Positions 7,911 to 15,229 of a stretch of 32,000 bases of DNA are shown in pieces; the stretch's first letter is position 1; each line of letters opens with the position of its first letter. The notes beneath the pieces were generated by a model. That model saw nothing but the letters and a program-made list of their open reading frames with translations. It made no database searches and was not told the DNA's origin. The stretch lies in assembly GCF_000189295.2 (NCBI RefSeq), contig NC_016803.1, positions 3,510,001 through 3,542,000 on the forward strand, read 5' to 3'. Source of the stretch: Pseudodesulfovibrio mercurii (GTDB lineage: Bacteria; Desulfobacterota; Desulfovibrionia; Desulfovibrionales; Desulfovibrionaceae). The translations under genes were made by a program, and so were the position numbers.

Positions 7911-8426
7911 CTAAGACCAATATTTACCAACATCATCACTAATAGAATATTTCTTCCGTTTTAAAAGCTCTTCACTGTCAGCGTCAGAATTGTGAAAAAC
8001 ATCATCGTTGTTGTTAAATCTGTAAAAGTATAGCTTTCCTAAGATGTCACCCTTATTAAGGCTAATTGTATTTTGTGATGTATTTAAGAGTAAAACTTCA
8101 AGTCTACCTTCAAATAACGGATCAATGTATGCTGAAGCGAACATGACAACTTTTTTTAGATTTAAAGTTGATTTTGTAGAGATGGACACAATAATATTAT
8201 CTGGAATATTAAAACGTTCGAAACTTATCACGGCAACACTCTCTTGAGGTTGGAGGGTGATAGATTGCATTTCTCGATTTTTGTCATTAAATATAAAATC
8301 GCCGATGCGAAAATGGTAAAATACGCTGTGAAGATTTGACTCTTCGAAATGGGTTATCATTTCGTAGTCGCGGGTTGCTAGAATTTTGATGTTAGTTTTT
8401 GTCAGTAAATCCATAAAATACTCCAT
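7911..8426 (-). CDS. dCTP deaminase/dUTPase-fold protein (soluble paralogue)
   Basis: YHFRIGD, STKSTLNLKKV, YIDPLFEGRLEVLLLNTS and NKGDILGKLYFY occur in the same order as the Dcd/Dut core motifs. The alternative start ATG 8414 has a GGAG 8 nt upstream and may be the true start. The gene is AT-rich. Confidence 0.6.
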   Translation of the reverse strand: MEYFMDLLTKTNIKILATRDYEMITHFEESNLHSVFYHFRIGDFIFNDKNREMQSITLQPQESVAVISFERFNIPDNIIVSISTKSTLNLKKVVMFASAYIDPLFEGRLEVLLLNTSQNTISLNKGDILGKLYFYRFNNNDDVFHNSDADSEELLKRKKYSISDDVGKYWS

Positions 8427-8537
8427 TTTTTTATTTTTAATTCTATATCAAAAATGAGTTCGTGATTCAAGGCCTTTTGGCGGTGAAAGAACAAGTTTCT
8501 AGGGAGATATTTTTGACCTTCTAACTATCTTTTTATT

Positions 8538-8565
8538 ATTTTATAATTTAGTCAGTTGGTTGCAA
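8538..8565 (-). promoter_or_regulatory. putative sigma70-type promoter for the Dcd-fold gene pair
   Basis: On the minus strand: TTGCAA, a 16-nt spacer, then TAAAAT, about 110 nt upstream of the first ATG in AT-rich DNA. Confidence 0.35.
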
Positions 8566-8631
8566 TTGTTGTTTCACCCTATTGGCGGGAAATATCGACT
8601 CGCGTAGCAGCGGAGCCTGTTGAGTCTAATA

Positions 8632-9837
8632 TTATGGAGCCAACAGTCGCCCCAGTACTTCAGCCAGGATGCCTGTCTCAGCCTTTCCAGCGTAGCGGCT
8701 TGCCGCAGGATACGCCATTTGCTCCAAGCAAAGCCCATTCCTGGCGTCCAGGGCGATCTTCCGTGTGATCTCATCAGCATTTTGATTGAGCGGATGGACC
8801 TTGTAGAAGCTCCCTTCATGGAAATGGTACAGGGCGTGGCAGATAGCGAAGGTGTCCTCGTCCTGGAAATCGTGACAGGCAGCGGCGATGGCAGTCCTGC
8901 CGATCGCAAGTTCCTCGTACATGTCGGGATCGGAACAGGCGTCCCTAAAAACTCCCTGAGCGGCATCGTGCGCTAAACCCTTTGCCTCCTCGAACGATCC
9001 AGCAACCATAGCCGCGTCGATAACGCGCCGTGCGCCCTTGTGAACGACATTTTCCGCGATGTCCTTCCCTGCTGATGCCAGGGCCTCCAAGAGGAACACT
9101 TTCATCTCCTTTTCGTTGATCTCGACAATCTCGTATCGGATAAGGCCTAAGAGTTCGTCAGCGATGGTGTAGGCCACGTGCCAGATCTCGGCTTCGACGG
9201 CGGCCAGGACGTGCTTGGACGTGACGCCGTATGTTGCGCCAAAGGAGATCGCTCCGCCTTGCTCCCAGGCGTAGCGCAGGGCGTGCCCCTTGTTTCCCTT
9301 GCAGGCGTATGTGCTGACTCGGGCCGTTATGCTGTGGTGTAGCTGCATAGCTTCGACCGCACGGTTCAGGGCCGGGATCAGCTTGAGGGACGCGGAGAGC
9401 AGGGCGCAGTCCCTGGCCTCCTTCGCCACGCTCATTTCCCCGTGTGACAGGCGCTCCCTCATGATGGGCTGAGCCACTTCCCAGAGGCGTCCCTGGAGTT
9501 CCTCGTGGTCCAGTTCCCCGTGCGCGCAGAGATGGGCCATGCGCATGAGGTCTCTGAGGCCATCCTGGCAGACTTCGGCGTTTTCCCATAAGGGCATGAC
9601 GCGGTACGCCGCGTCTAGGACAAGCAACCTGAGCGTCTTGTCGATGAAATTTTCTTGCTTGTAGGATGCGGCATCCATGGCTTCCATGCAGGCGTGGAGT
9701 CCCAGGTTTTCGAGGATGAACGAGAAAGAGGGCTGGCCGTCCTCGGAATCCGTCAGAAGGGCGAGCTTGGCCTTTGCGGTTGGCTGCATCCCGTCGTTGA
9801 CGAGCTTACCATTCGCGATGGAAAGGGGATTTTTCAT
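8632..9837 (-). CDS. hypothetical protein (401 aa, Ala-rich, probably all-helical), conserved integrase neighbour
   Basis: Long ORF with island-typical GC, and two decayed homologous fragments lie nearby. The segment LDAAYRVMPLWENAEVCQDGLRDLMRMAHLCAHGEL faintly recalls Imm5-like 'putative immunity protein' repeats, but this is a weak, from-memory impression. Confidence 0.6.
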   Translation of the reverse strand: MKNPLSIANGKLVNDGMQPTAKAKLALLTDSEDGQPSFSFILENLGLHACMEAMDAASYKQENFIDKTLRLLVLDAAYRVMPLWENAEVCQDGLRDLMRMAHLCAHGELDHEELQGRLWEVAQPIMRERLSHGEMSVAKEARDCALLSASLKLIPALNRAVEAMQLHHSITARVSTYACKGNKGHALRYAWEQGGAISFGATYGVTSKHVLAAVEAEIWHVAYTIADELLGLIRYEIVEINEKEMKVFLLEALASAGKDIAENVVHKGARRVIDAAMVAGSFEEAKGLAHDAAQGVFRDACSDPDMYEELAIGRTAIAAACHDFQDEDTFAICHALYHFHEGSFYKVHPLNQNADEITRKIALDARNGLCLEQMAYPAASRYAGKAETGILAEVLGRLLAP

Positions 9838-9903
9838 TGTTGTGTCCAGGCTTGGAAAGATAGCGCTCGGGGCAACAAGACAGCACCCAAGCTGTTAGTG
9901 GGC

Positions 9904-10926
9904 TTAGTTCTCGGACAGCTTTTCGATAGCTTCTTTTTCGCCGTCGCCGATCAGGTGGTAGTACACATTGAACAGCATCGCCGGGCCGGAGTGGCCCATG
10001 ACGGAGGCCACCGCCTTGATATCGGCCTTTTTGGCTATCAGGCTGGAGGCGAAGTAGTGTCGGAGATGGTAGGGCACCACTTTCTTGTCGATGCCTGAGT
10101 TTTTCACGGCGGTGCGGAATGCCTTAATGTAGCTTTGGACAGGCTCGCCCTTGTACTCGACTATGTATTCGGAAGTCGCCGTCTTCTGCCATTCCCTGAT
10201 TTCCTCAAGGATGTCGTCGAGAAGGTGGACGTACCTGTCGCTCCTGGCCGCCTTGGTTCCGCGAATCCTGACGAGCTTGTTGTGGAAGTCCACGTCGCTG
10301 TACTTGATCTTGAGTAGTTCGCTCTTGCCCGGACGGCAGCCCGTTTTCATGATCAGCCTGATCGCCTTGTAGACGTGCAGCGGCGAGTGGGCGAGGATGG
10401 CATCGATGTCGTCCTTGTCGATGGGCAAGTCGCGGTGCTTCTCGCGTTTCAGCACGCGCTTTCGCCAAGCCGCCATCGGGTTCTTTTCGATGTACTCGAA
10501 CTCAACGCCGAAGTTGAACATGACGTTCAGGTACGTGATGTAGCGGTTGAACGAGCTAGGCGACAGGTCTGCGTATTCAAGGGCCAACACGTTGAAGTCC
10601 TCGGCCTTGAGCTTGTGGATCGGCGCGTGGTTGAGCGCAGGGAGGTACGAGTTGTTCAGCCTGTTCGCCATCTCGGTGAGGAACTTCCGTTCACGGCCAC
10701 GGGCCTTCTCGTGGTTGAGGTAGATCTGTCCGAGCTCGTCCAGGTAGATGTGCCCCGTCCTGATCTCTTCCTTGCGAGCCTTCATCAGGTTGATCTCTGC
10801 GTTGCGCTCGTGGGCTGCCTTCTTGGCCTCGGTCCCTTTCCCGTAATACTCCTTCTTCGGGCTCTTGCTGTGGGCGACGCGGTACTGGACGAACCAGCGC
10901 CCGTCTTTGGTGATTCCTACCGCCAT
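9904..10926 (-). CDS. int: tyrosine-type site-specific integrase
   Basis: Catalytic signature TGCRPGKSE (Arg), HLRHYFAS (H-x-x-R), GHSGPAMLFNVYYH (His, Tyr). I used ATG 10926 (MAVGITKDGRWFVQY...) because the 41-codon upstream extension in the track overlaps the Xis-like gene. Confidence 0.9.
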   Translation of the reverse strand: MAVGITKDGRWFVQYRVAHSKSPKKEYYGKGTEAKKAAHERNAEINLMKARKEEIRTGHIYLDELGQIYLNHEKARGRERKFLTEMANRLNNSYLPALNHAPIHKLKAEDFNVLALEYADLSPSSFNRYITYLNVMFNFGVEFEYIEKNPMAAWRKRVLKREKHRDLPIDKDDIDAILAHSPLHVYKAIRLIMKTGCRPGKSELLKIKYSDVDFHNKLVRIRGTKAARSDRYVHLLDDILEEIREWQKTATSEYIVEYKGEPVQSYIKAFRTAVKNSGIDKKVVPYHLRHYFASSLIAKKADIKAVASVMGHSGPAMLFNVYYHLIGDGEKEAIEKLSEN

Positions 10927-10928
10927 CC

Positions 10929-11165
10929 CTACACCTCCACCGGGACGAACCCGGCCTTGCGCACGCGCAGGGGATTGAAGAAGTCGCCGGGGCAAGCCAT
11001 GAAGCTGTCCAGGTCTACCTTGCGGTACCTGTCCCTGTTCGGGCCGCACTTCGGGATGTCATACTCCTTAGCGAACTGCCTGAATTTCGCGGTGCTGTAT
11101 CCGCAGTATTCAGCTGCCTCGCGCTGGTTGAAGAAGTGTCTTTCGACATGGAGCGGTCTGCTCAT
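10929..11165 (-). CDS. AlpA/Xis-like helix-turn-helix DNA-binding protein (putative excisionase)
   Basis: 78 aa. FFNQREAAEYCGYSTAKFRQFAKEYDIP is HTH-like. The gene ends 2 nt before the integrase start. Confidence 0.6.
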   Translation of the reverse strand: MSRPLHVERHFFNQREAAEYCGYSTAKFRQFAKEYDIPKCGPNRDRYRKVDLDSFMACPGDFFNPLRVRKAGFVPVEV

Positions 11166-11196
11166 CGTTGGTAACCTCCAGTTTTATGGTTGATGG

Positions 11197-11221
11197 AAAA
11201 ACGGGGAGAGTCGCTCTCTCC
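11197..11221 (-). terminator. putative rho-independent terminator after the small recombinase gene
   Basis: Minus strand reads GGAGAG-AGCGA-CTCTCC followed by CCGTTTTTCC. Confidence 0.45.
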
Positions 11222-11271
11222 ATTTTCATAGGACTAAAAATCGGGGGCCTAAGTAAACTTGCCTCGCCCAA

Positions 11272-11871
11272 TTAAATTGAATTCTTTAGGATACTGACCA
11301 CTTCCGTGTCGCTGATGCCAAGGTAGCGCATGGTGACGGCTGGCGAGGCGTGATTGAAACGCTTGCACAGGACCTCGAAGCCGACGCCGAAGTGGACGCG
11401 TTGCACGTAGCCGAAGGTTTTGCGCAGGCTGTGGGCTCCGTAGTTGCCTTTGAGGCCAGCATCGCGGCACCACGATTTGGCCATGCGGTTGACGGACTGG
11501 ATGGTCAGGGGCGTGTTCTCTCCCTTCTGTGAACGGAACAGGTACTCGCCGTCGCTAAGCGAGCCTGACGCGAGGAACCGCGTCAGTGCCGCGTGGACTG
11601 AATCGTTGACGGCAAGGACGTTAATCTTGCCAGTCTTGGACTCCTTGATGGCGATGGTGTCGTCGACGTTCTTGCCGCGAAGGTCTCCGACCTTGAGCCG
11701 CAGGAGGTCTCCGCAACGGATGCCGTTGTTGGTCGCAATGACGAACAACAACAGGTCACGCGGCTTGCCGTGGAGCATCGTTTTGATGGCCGAGATTGCG
11801 TCCAGGGAGCGGATGGGCTCGACGGTGATGGAACTTCCCTTGGGCGGGTGGTTGTCGTTTCTGGGACTCAT
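11272..11871 (-). CDS. small tyrosine recombinase (catalytic domain only, 199 aa)
   Basis: NNGIRCGDLLRL (Arg), HSLRKTFGY (H-x-x-R), HASPAVTMRYLGI (His, Tyr). There is no N-terminal arm- or core-binding extension. Confidence 0.8.
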   Translation of the reverse strand: MSPRNDNHPPKGSSITVEPIRSLDAISAIKTMLHGKPRDLLLFVIATNNGIRCGDLLRLKVGDLRGKNVDDTIAIKESKTGKINVLAVNDSVHAALTRFLASGSLSDGEYLFRSQKGENTPLTIQSVNRMAKSWCRDAGLKGNYGAHSLRKTFGYVQRVHFGVGFEVLCKRFNHASPAVTMRYLGISDTEVVSILKNSI

Positions 11872-11875
11872 TTTC

Positions 11876-12009
11876 GAATGTTAAGTATCCATCTGTTTTT
11901 GCGTGCTTTTTTAACATTCTCAAGACGGACGTTTTTGGGAAGTCGATAAGCTGTCAAAATCACAGCCGTTTTTTTGAGAATGTTAACTAATAGGAAAAAC
12001 TTAACATTA
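11876..12009. promoter_or_regulatory. four alternating GAATGTTAA / TTAACATTC motifs (operator-like) upstream of the small recombinase gene
   Basis: GAATGTTAA at 11876-11884 and 11978-11986. The inverse TTAACATT(C/A) is at 11911-11919 and 12001-12009. The 11-mers GAGAATGTTAA (11976-11986) and TTAACATTCTC (11911-11921) are perfect inverted copies. The first motif sits 5 nt upstream of the start codon. Confidence 0.5.
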
Positions 12010-12350
12010 CCCGATAGTTGCCGTGAACGTGGGTCGAGATGAAAAATGCTAATTTTTTTGGAAAAGTGCGGAAAAGCACATCCGTGGAAACAGTGTTCCG
12101 ATAAATAATAGCAAGCAGAGGTGAAGCGGCGGGAGCGATTCAGCCTGGGTGGATTTCTTTCAAGAAATACAGCAATGAGCATCGCTCATCGGTTGGGTGG
12201 GCAACGCCCACCTCTTCCGGTGAGCGTGGTCATGCGCGCAGCGCACAATGGCCCATTCAATGGATTCCGAATCGTAATTGGCTGAATGGAACTTGATGGG
12301 TGGGGCAACCAAACAGCGCGTGTGTTTCAAAATAGCCATCCCTGAAATGC

Positions 12351-12384
12351 AAAAAAAGCATTTGCAGGCCATGCCTACAAATGC
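12351..12384 (-). terminator. rho-independent terminator after the zinc-finger gene
   Basis: Minus strand reads GCATTTGTAGG-CATGG-CCTGCAAATGC (one mismatch) followed by TTTTTTT. Confidence 0.75.
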
Positions 12385-12417
12385 CCATTTCTGTTTGCCT
12401 TAGGTGAAGTTGGCTGA

Positions 12418-13005
12418 CTATCTGAACTTATTCACGCACTCCCTAAGCAATTCTTTGTCCTTGATGTCCTCTAGCCAATAAGTCGACCCCGTCATCATGT
12501 CTTTCCTGAGCTGGTCGACGTTAAGCGACCTCCTCAAGAACGCCACGATCTCATTCCAGGCTTTGGGCGAGACTCTCTCGAACTGGCCGTTCAGAACTCT
12601 CGAGAAATGAGATCGGCTGTATCCGCACTGATTCTGGTAATAGGACGCGCCCATGCGATCGGATTTGTAGAAGGCGAAGTAGGCGCGGGCTTGGGCCAGG
12701 AAGTCGAGATCCTTAGCCAGCTTACGAATAGCCTCATACCATGAACGTCGAGCGTCGCTCTCAACATCGCTGAGGTGCATGCGCATCAAGATGACCTTGA
12801 CCTCATCCACACCTTCGACTTGCTCGACGAGGTTGATGGCGTTGCCTGCCCATCCGCATGCGTGGCACCGAGCGACGCCGTTGTCGTGGTACTCCCTGAA
12901 CGCGTGCTTGCCGCAGAACGGGCAGACGAGGTTACCGCCCTTGACGGTCGAGTCGAGGCCGAGATCGGTGAAAAGTTCCTGAAAATTTATGTCGTTCAAC
13001 ATCAT
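12418..13005 (-). CDS. CHC2 (DnaG/primase-type) zinc-finger protein with HTH-like C-terminal region
   Basis: CPFCGKHAFREYHDNGVARCHACGW is a CHC2 zinc finger. The C-terminal segment CGYSRSHFSRVLNGQ is HTH-like. No Toprim or AEP catalytic motif was seen. Confidence 0.65.
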   Translation of the reverse strand: MMLNDINFQELFTDLGLDSTVKGGNLVCPFCGKHAFREYHDNGVARCHACGWAGNAINLVEQVEGVDEVKVILMRMHLSDVESDARRSWYEAIRKLAKDLDFLAQARAYFAFYKSDRMGASYYQNQCGYSRSHFSRVLNGQFERVSPKAWNEIVAFLRRSLNVDQLRKDMMTGSTYWLEDIKDKELLRECVNKFR

Positions 13006-13241
13006 TTTCTCCGTATTACATATAATAATTTAGAACGTGTGCTAGGCAGGTGGACGATCCTCATGCCTCTCAGATATTATTTATGTGGACTGAAAGATTT
13101 TTCAGGGGGCGGATACGCGTCGTAGTGACAGCGACTCAGGAGGTGCCCTTATTGGATTTTTGGGTTTGCAGAACGAAAATGCTGACGAAATGGAAAGGGC
13201 CTTCAGAGGAATCCCTAAAGGCCCTTATTGGTTAATCCAAT

Positions 13242-13268
13242 GAGAAAGCCCCCGGCTTTGCCGGGGGC
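13242..13268 (-). terminator. rho-independent terminator after the helicase gene
   Basis: Minus strand reads GCCCCCGG-CAAAG-CCGGGGGC followed by TTTCTCATT. It lies 20 nt after the stop at 13289. Confidence 0.7.
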
Positions 13269-13288
13269 GTTATGACTGGGGATTGGAC

Positions 13289-14782
13289 TTAGTCGTTGAG
13301 CAGGTCGTCCAGGTCGTCGAAGCCTCGGGATTCGGATTTGGAGGAGTCGTCGAAGAACTCGCCTTCGTCCGCCTCAAAATCGTCCCATATGCCCGTCATC
13401 TTGACGTGTTTCTCGAAAATCTGGCGTGCATCATCGCGGGAGGGAAGGACGAAGCCGCGCTGGTTTCCGATTCTGGTTCTTGGAAATCCAAAGAGCTTAT
13501 GGATCTCCTTGGTGATGGCACCGGCGTCAGCTATTTTGTTGGCACCGGTGCGCACATCGCAGTCCCTCAGGTTATGTCGCCAGTCATTGTAGCAAAGGTA
13601 CAGATCCTCCGAGGAAACCTTGGTTTTCCACTTGATACAGGGGTGGTCGTCACCGATGTGGAGAAACTTTTCGTACGTCCATCGTTGGAATGGATTCAAG
13701 CTGTGGAGCATTTGGTTGAAGAGGCCTTTCGTCCTGGGGGGAGTCCTGAGCTTGTCCATGTCGATCTTCCAGCTCATCAAGGCGTGGAGGAACGCTTCAA
13801 TCCCGCCGTTGTTGATTTCATGGCGGAGACCCTTGAAGTACTCCTGGTCTTGTGCCCTGTCGGATGAGCTTTCTAGAACCAAGTATCGACGCTCGTCCGT
13901 CGATGCCGCGATGACGTGTTCGTTGTTCGACAAAAACACCACCCTCATGAAGGTTTCTTTTTCCCGAATATCAACACCCTTTGGTTCGATTTCCATCAGC
14001 TCCTCAGTGATCATCGATTTGACAACCTCGTTGGCCTCATGGTCCCCGTGAAAGAACGCCTCTTCGTTGACCACTAACAGCTTTGTCGCAAGGTGCGCGT
14101 TGAAGTTACCTGAGAGGTGGTTACGGTGCGAAACCTTGCAATATAGGCTTCCTAGTATCGGTTTAAATATGCATTCGAATATAGTCGACTTTCCGGTTCC
14201 CCTTCCACCGGTGACGACTAATGCCACGCCCGGCTTCTCCCAAGGTTTTTGTACAAGGTGCGCCATCCAGTTCATAACTGCCCCGAACAACTCCTCGTCT
14301 CCGTTACACCATATGTCGCGAAGATGCGTCTGAATGCGAGACCAATCGCCCGCTTTCGGTTCCTTTGATAGACCAGGGTACATGTTGAAAAAACGTGTGG
14401 CTACATCCTTGGACAAGGGGCGGGGACTGAACACGGTTTTGAGTTTCTGGTTCTTGTATTTCCACTTACACCAGTATTTAGCGATCTGCATCGGCTTCCA
14501 TGACTCGCCGTTTGAGGTCATGTGCTTAACCAAGATCGTGTCGGCCTCGTGCCTGTCGTACAGGTCGAGCTTCTTCATCGCGTTGATTTCTTTGGCTCCG
14601 CGATGGTCGTGGGTACGCTCCATGATCATCATGGCCCCGTCGTGCATGGCCTGGCAGTACATCTCGTTCATGCACAGGAGGGCTTGTAGTCCCTCTGGCC
14701 TGACATTGTCGTCCGTGATCATCCCCTGGTCGTAGTTTGGGTTCAGGATTTTCTGGATCATTTCCTTTGACGTTTCATTCAT
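13289..14782 (-). CDS. SF3 helicase / phage-plasmid primase P4-family C-terminal (D5/DUF5906-like) protein
   Basis: Walker A VVTGGRGTGKST, Walker B LLVVNEEAF, motif C VVFLSNN, and a downstream DERRY segment. The architecture is typical of P4-alpha/D5-type NTPases of integrative elements. Confidence 0.8.
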   Translation of the reverse strand: MNETSKEMIQKILNPNYDQGMITDDNVRPEGLQALLCMNEMYCQAMHDGAMMIMERTHDHRGAKEINAMKKLDLYDRHEADTILVKHMTSNGESWKPMQIAKYWCKWKYKNQKLKTVFSPRPLSKDVATRFFNMYPGLSKEPKAGDWSRIQTHLRDIWCNGDEELFGAVMNWMAHLVQKPWEKPGVALVVTGGRGTGKSTIFECIFKPILGSLYCKVSHRNHLSGNFNAHLATKLLVVNEEAFFHGDHEANEVVKSMITEELMEIEPKGVDIREKETFMRVVFLSNNEHVIAASTDERRYLVLESSSDRAQDQEYFKGLRHEINNGGIEAFLHALMSWKIDMDKLRTPPRTKGLFNQMLHSLNPFQRWTYEKFLHIGDDHPCIKWKTKVSSEDLYLCYNDWRHNLRDCDVRTGANKIADAGAITKEIHKLFGFPRTRIGNQRGFVLPSRDDARQIFEKHVKMTGIWDDFEADEGEFFDDSSKSESRGFDDLDDLLND

Positions 14783-14954
14783 GCAGGTTTCCGTCCTACA
14801 ATTTCGTTAGTGCCGGGTGCTACCCTCCGACTCCTTGTCGGTGGCACACTCCTGCGAAGCGTCAGCGCGAGTGCGGCTGACCGTTATATTTAGTTGAACT
14901 CCCCATGTTGGAGAGCATTTTTGGATAAAAATTATTTTGCGGGAGCGTTGTGCT

Positions 14955-14982
14955 GTGCCCCGGGTGCGGGCACCCGGGGCAC
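14955..14982. other. very stable GC hairpin in the helicase upstream region
   Basis: GTGCCCCGGGTG-CGGG-CACCCGGGGCAC is a 12-bp perfect stem. No U-run follows on either strand. Confidence 0.5.
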
Positions 14983-15045
14983 GCTCGCCACTGGCAGTCC
15001 CCAATCCAGTTTGGCCTGTTTATACGGTGTTGTTTTAAATGTTTT

Positions 15046-15121
15046 TGATGGCATAAGTGGCATTGATGGCTAATTGCTTAGGATGGTTAATTAAAATTGT
15101 TTCCTGATGGTGGTTGAATGG
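15046..15121. repeat. iteron-like (T)GATGG repeats, candidate replication origin or operator
   Basis: TGATGG at 15046, 15064 and 15105; GGATGG at 15081; GAATGG at 15116. Spacing is about 11-24 bp. The repeats lie in the non-coding 450 bp upstream of the SF3 helicase gene. Confidence 0.35.
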
Positions 15122-15229
15122 TTGGTCGTGGTGGCTGAGGACGCCGTTGGGAATCGGATTGCAGGGGAAGATGACCGCCGCAGTAGTGGCCCTGACCTTC
15201 CCAGGTCGGGGCCACCTATTACTTGACCG

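Noticed and set aside
7211-8426. The Dcd-fold pair as ordinary housekeeping dcd/dut genes or prophage dUTPase
   Set aside because: They lie inside an island in foreign-composition DNA. They are duplicated and divergent with altered catalytic positions, one has a membrane anchor, and no phage structural genes are nearby. They are therefore reported as a candidate accessory system.
8620-8976. Similar + strand ORFs 6296..6559 and 8620..8976 as a conserved small-protein family
   Set aside because: Their similarity is explained by DNA homology to the 3' end of the 401-aa gene on the minus strand. They are antisense shadows.
10927-11049. 41-codon N-terminal extension of the integrase ORF
   Set aside because: It overlaps the Xis-like gene in another frame and is rich in Pro, Gly and Arg. 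The internal ATG 10926 gives a typical integrase N-terminus (MAVGITKDGRWFVQY).
10375-11193. 272-aa + strand ORF
   Set aside because: It lies antisense to the integrase and Xis-like genes and has no motifs.
11868-12372. ORFs 11868..12182 (-) and 12160..12372 (-)
   Set aside because: They cover the operator-like repeat region and a clear terminator hairpin, have odd composition (Cys/His/Phe-rich), and show no SD or start context.
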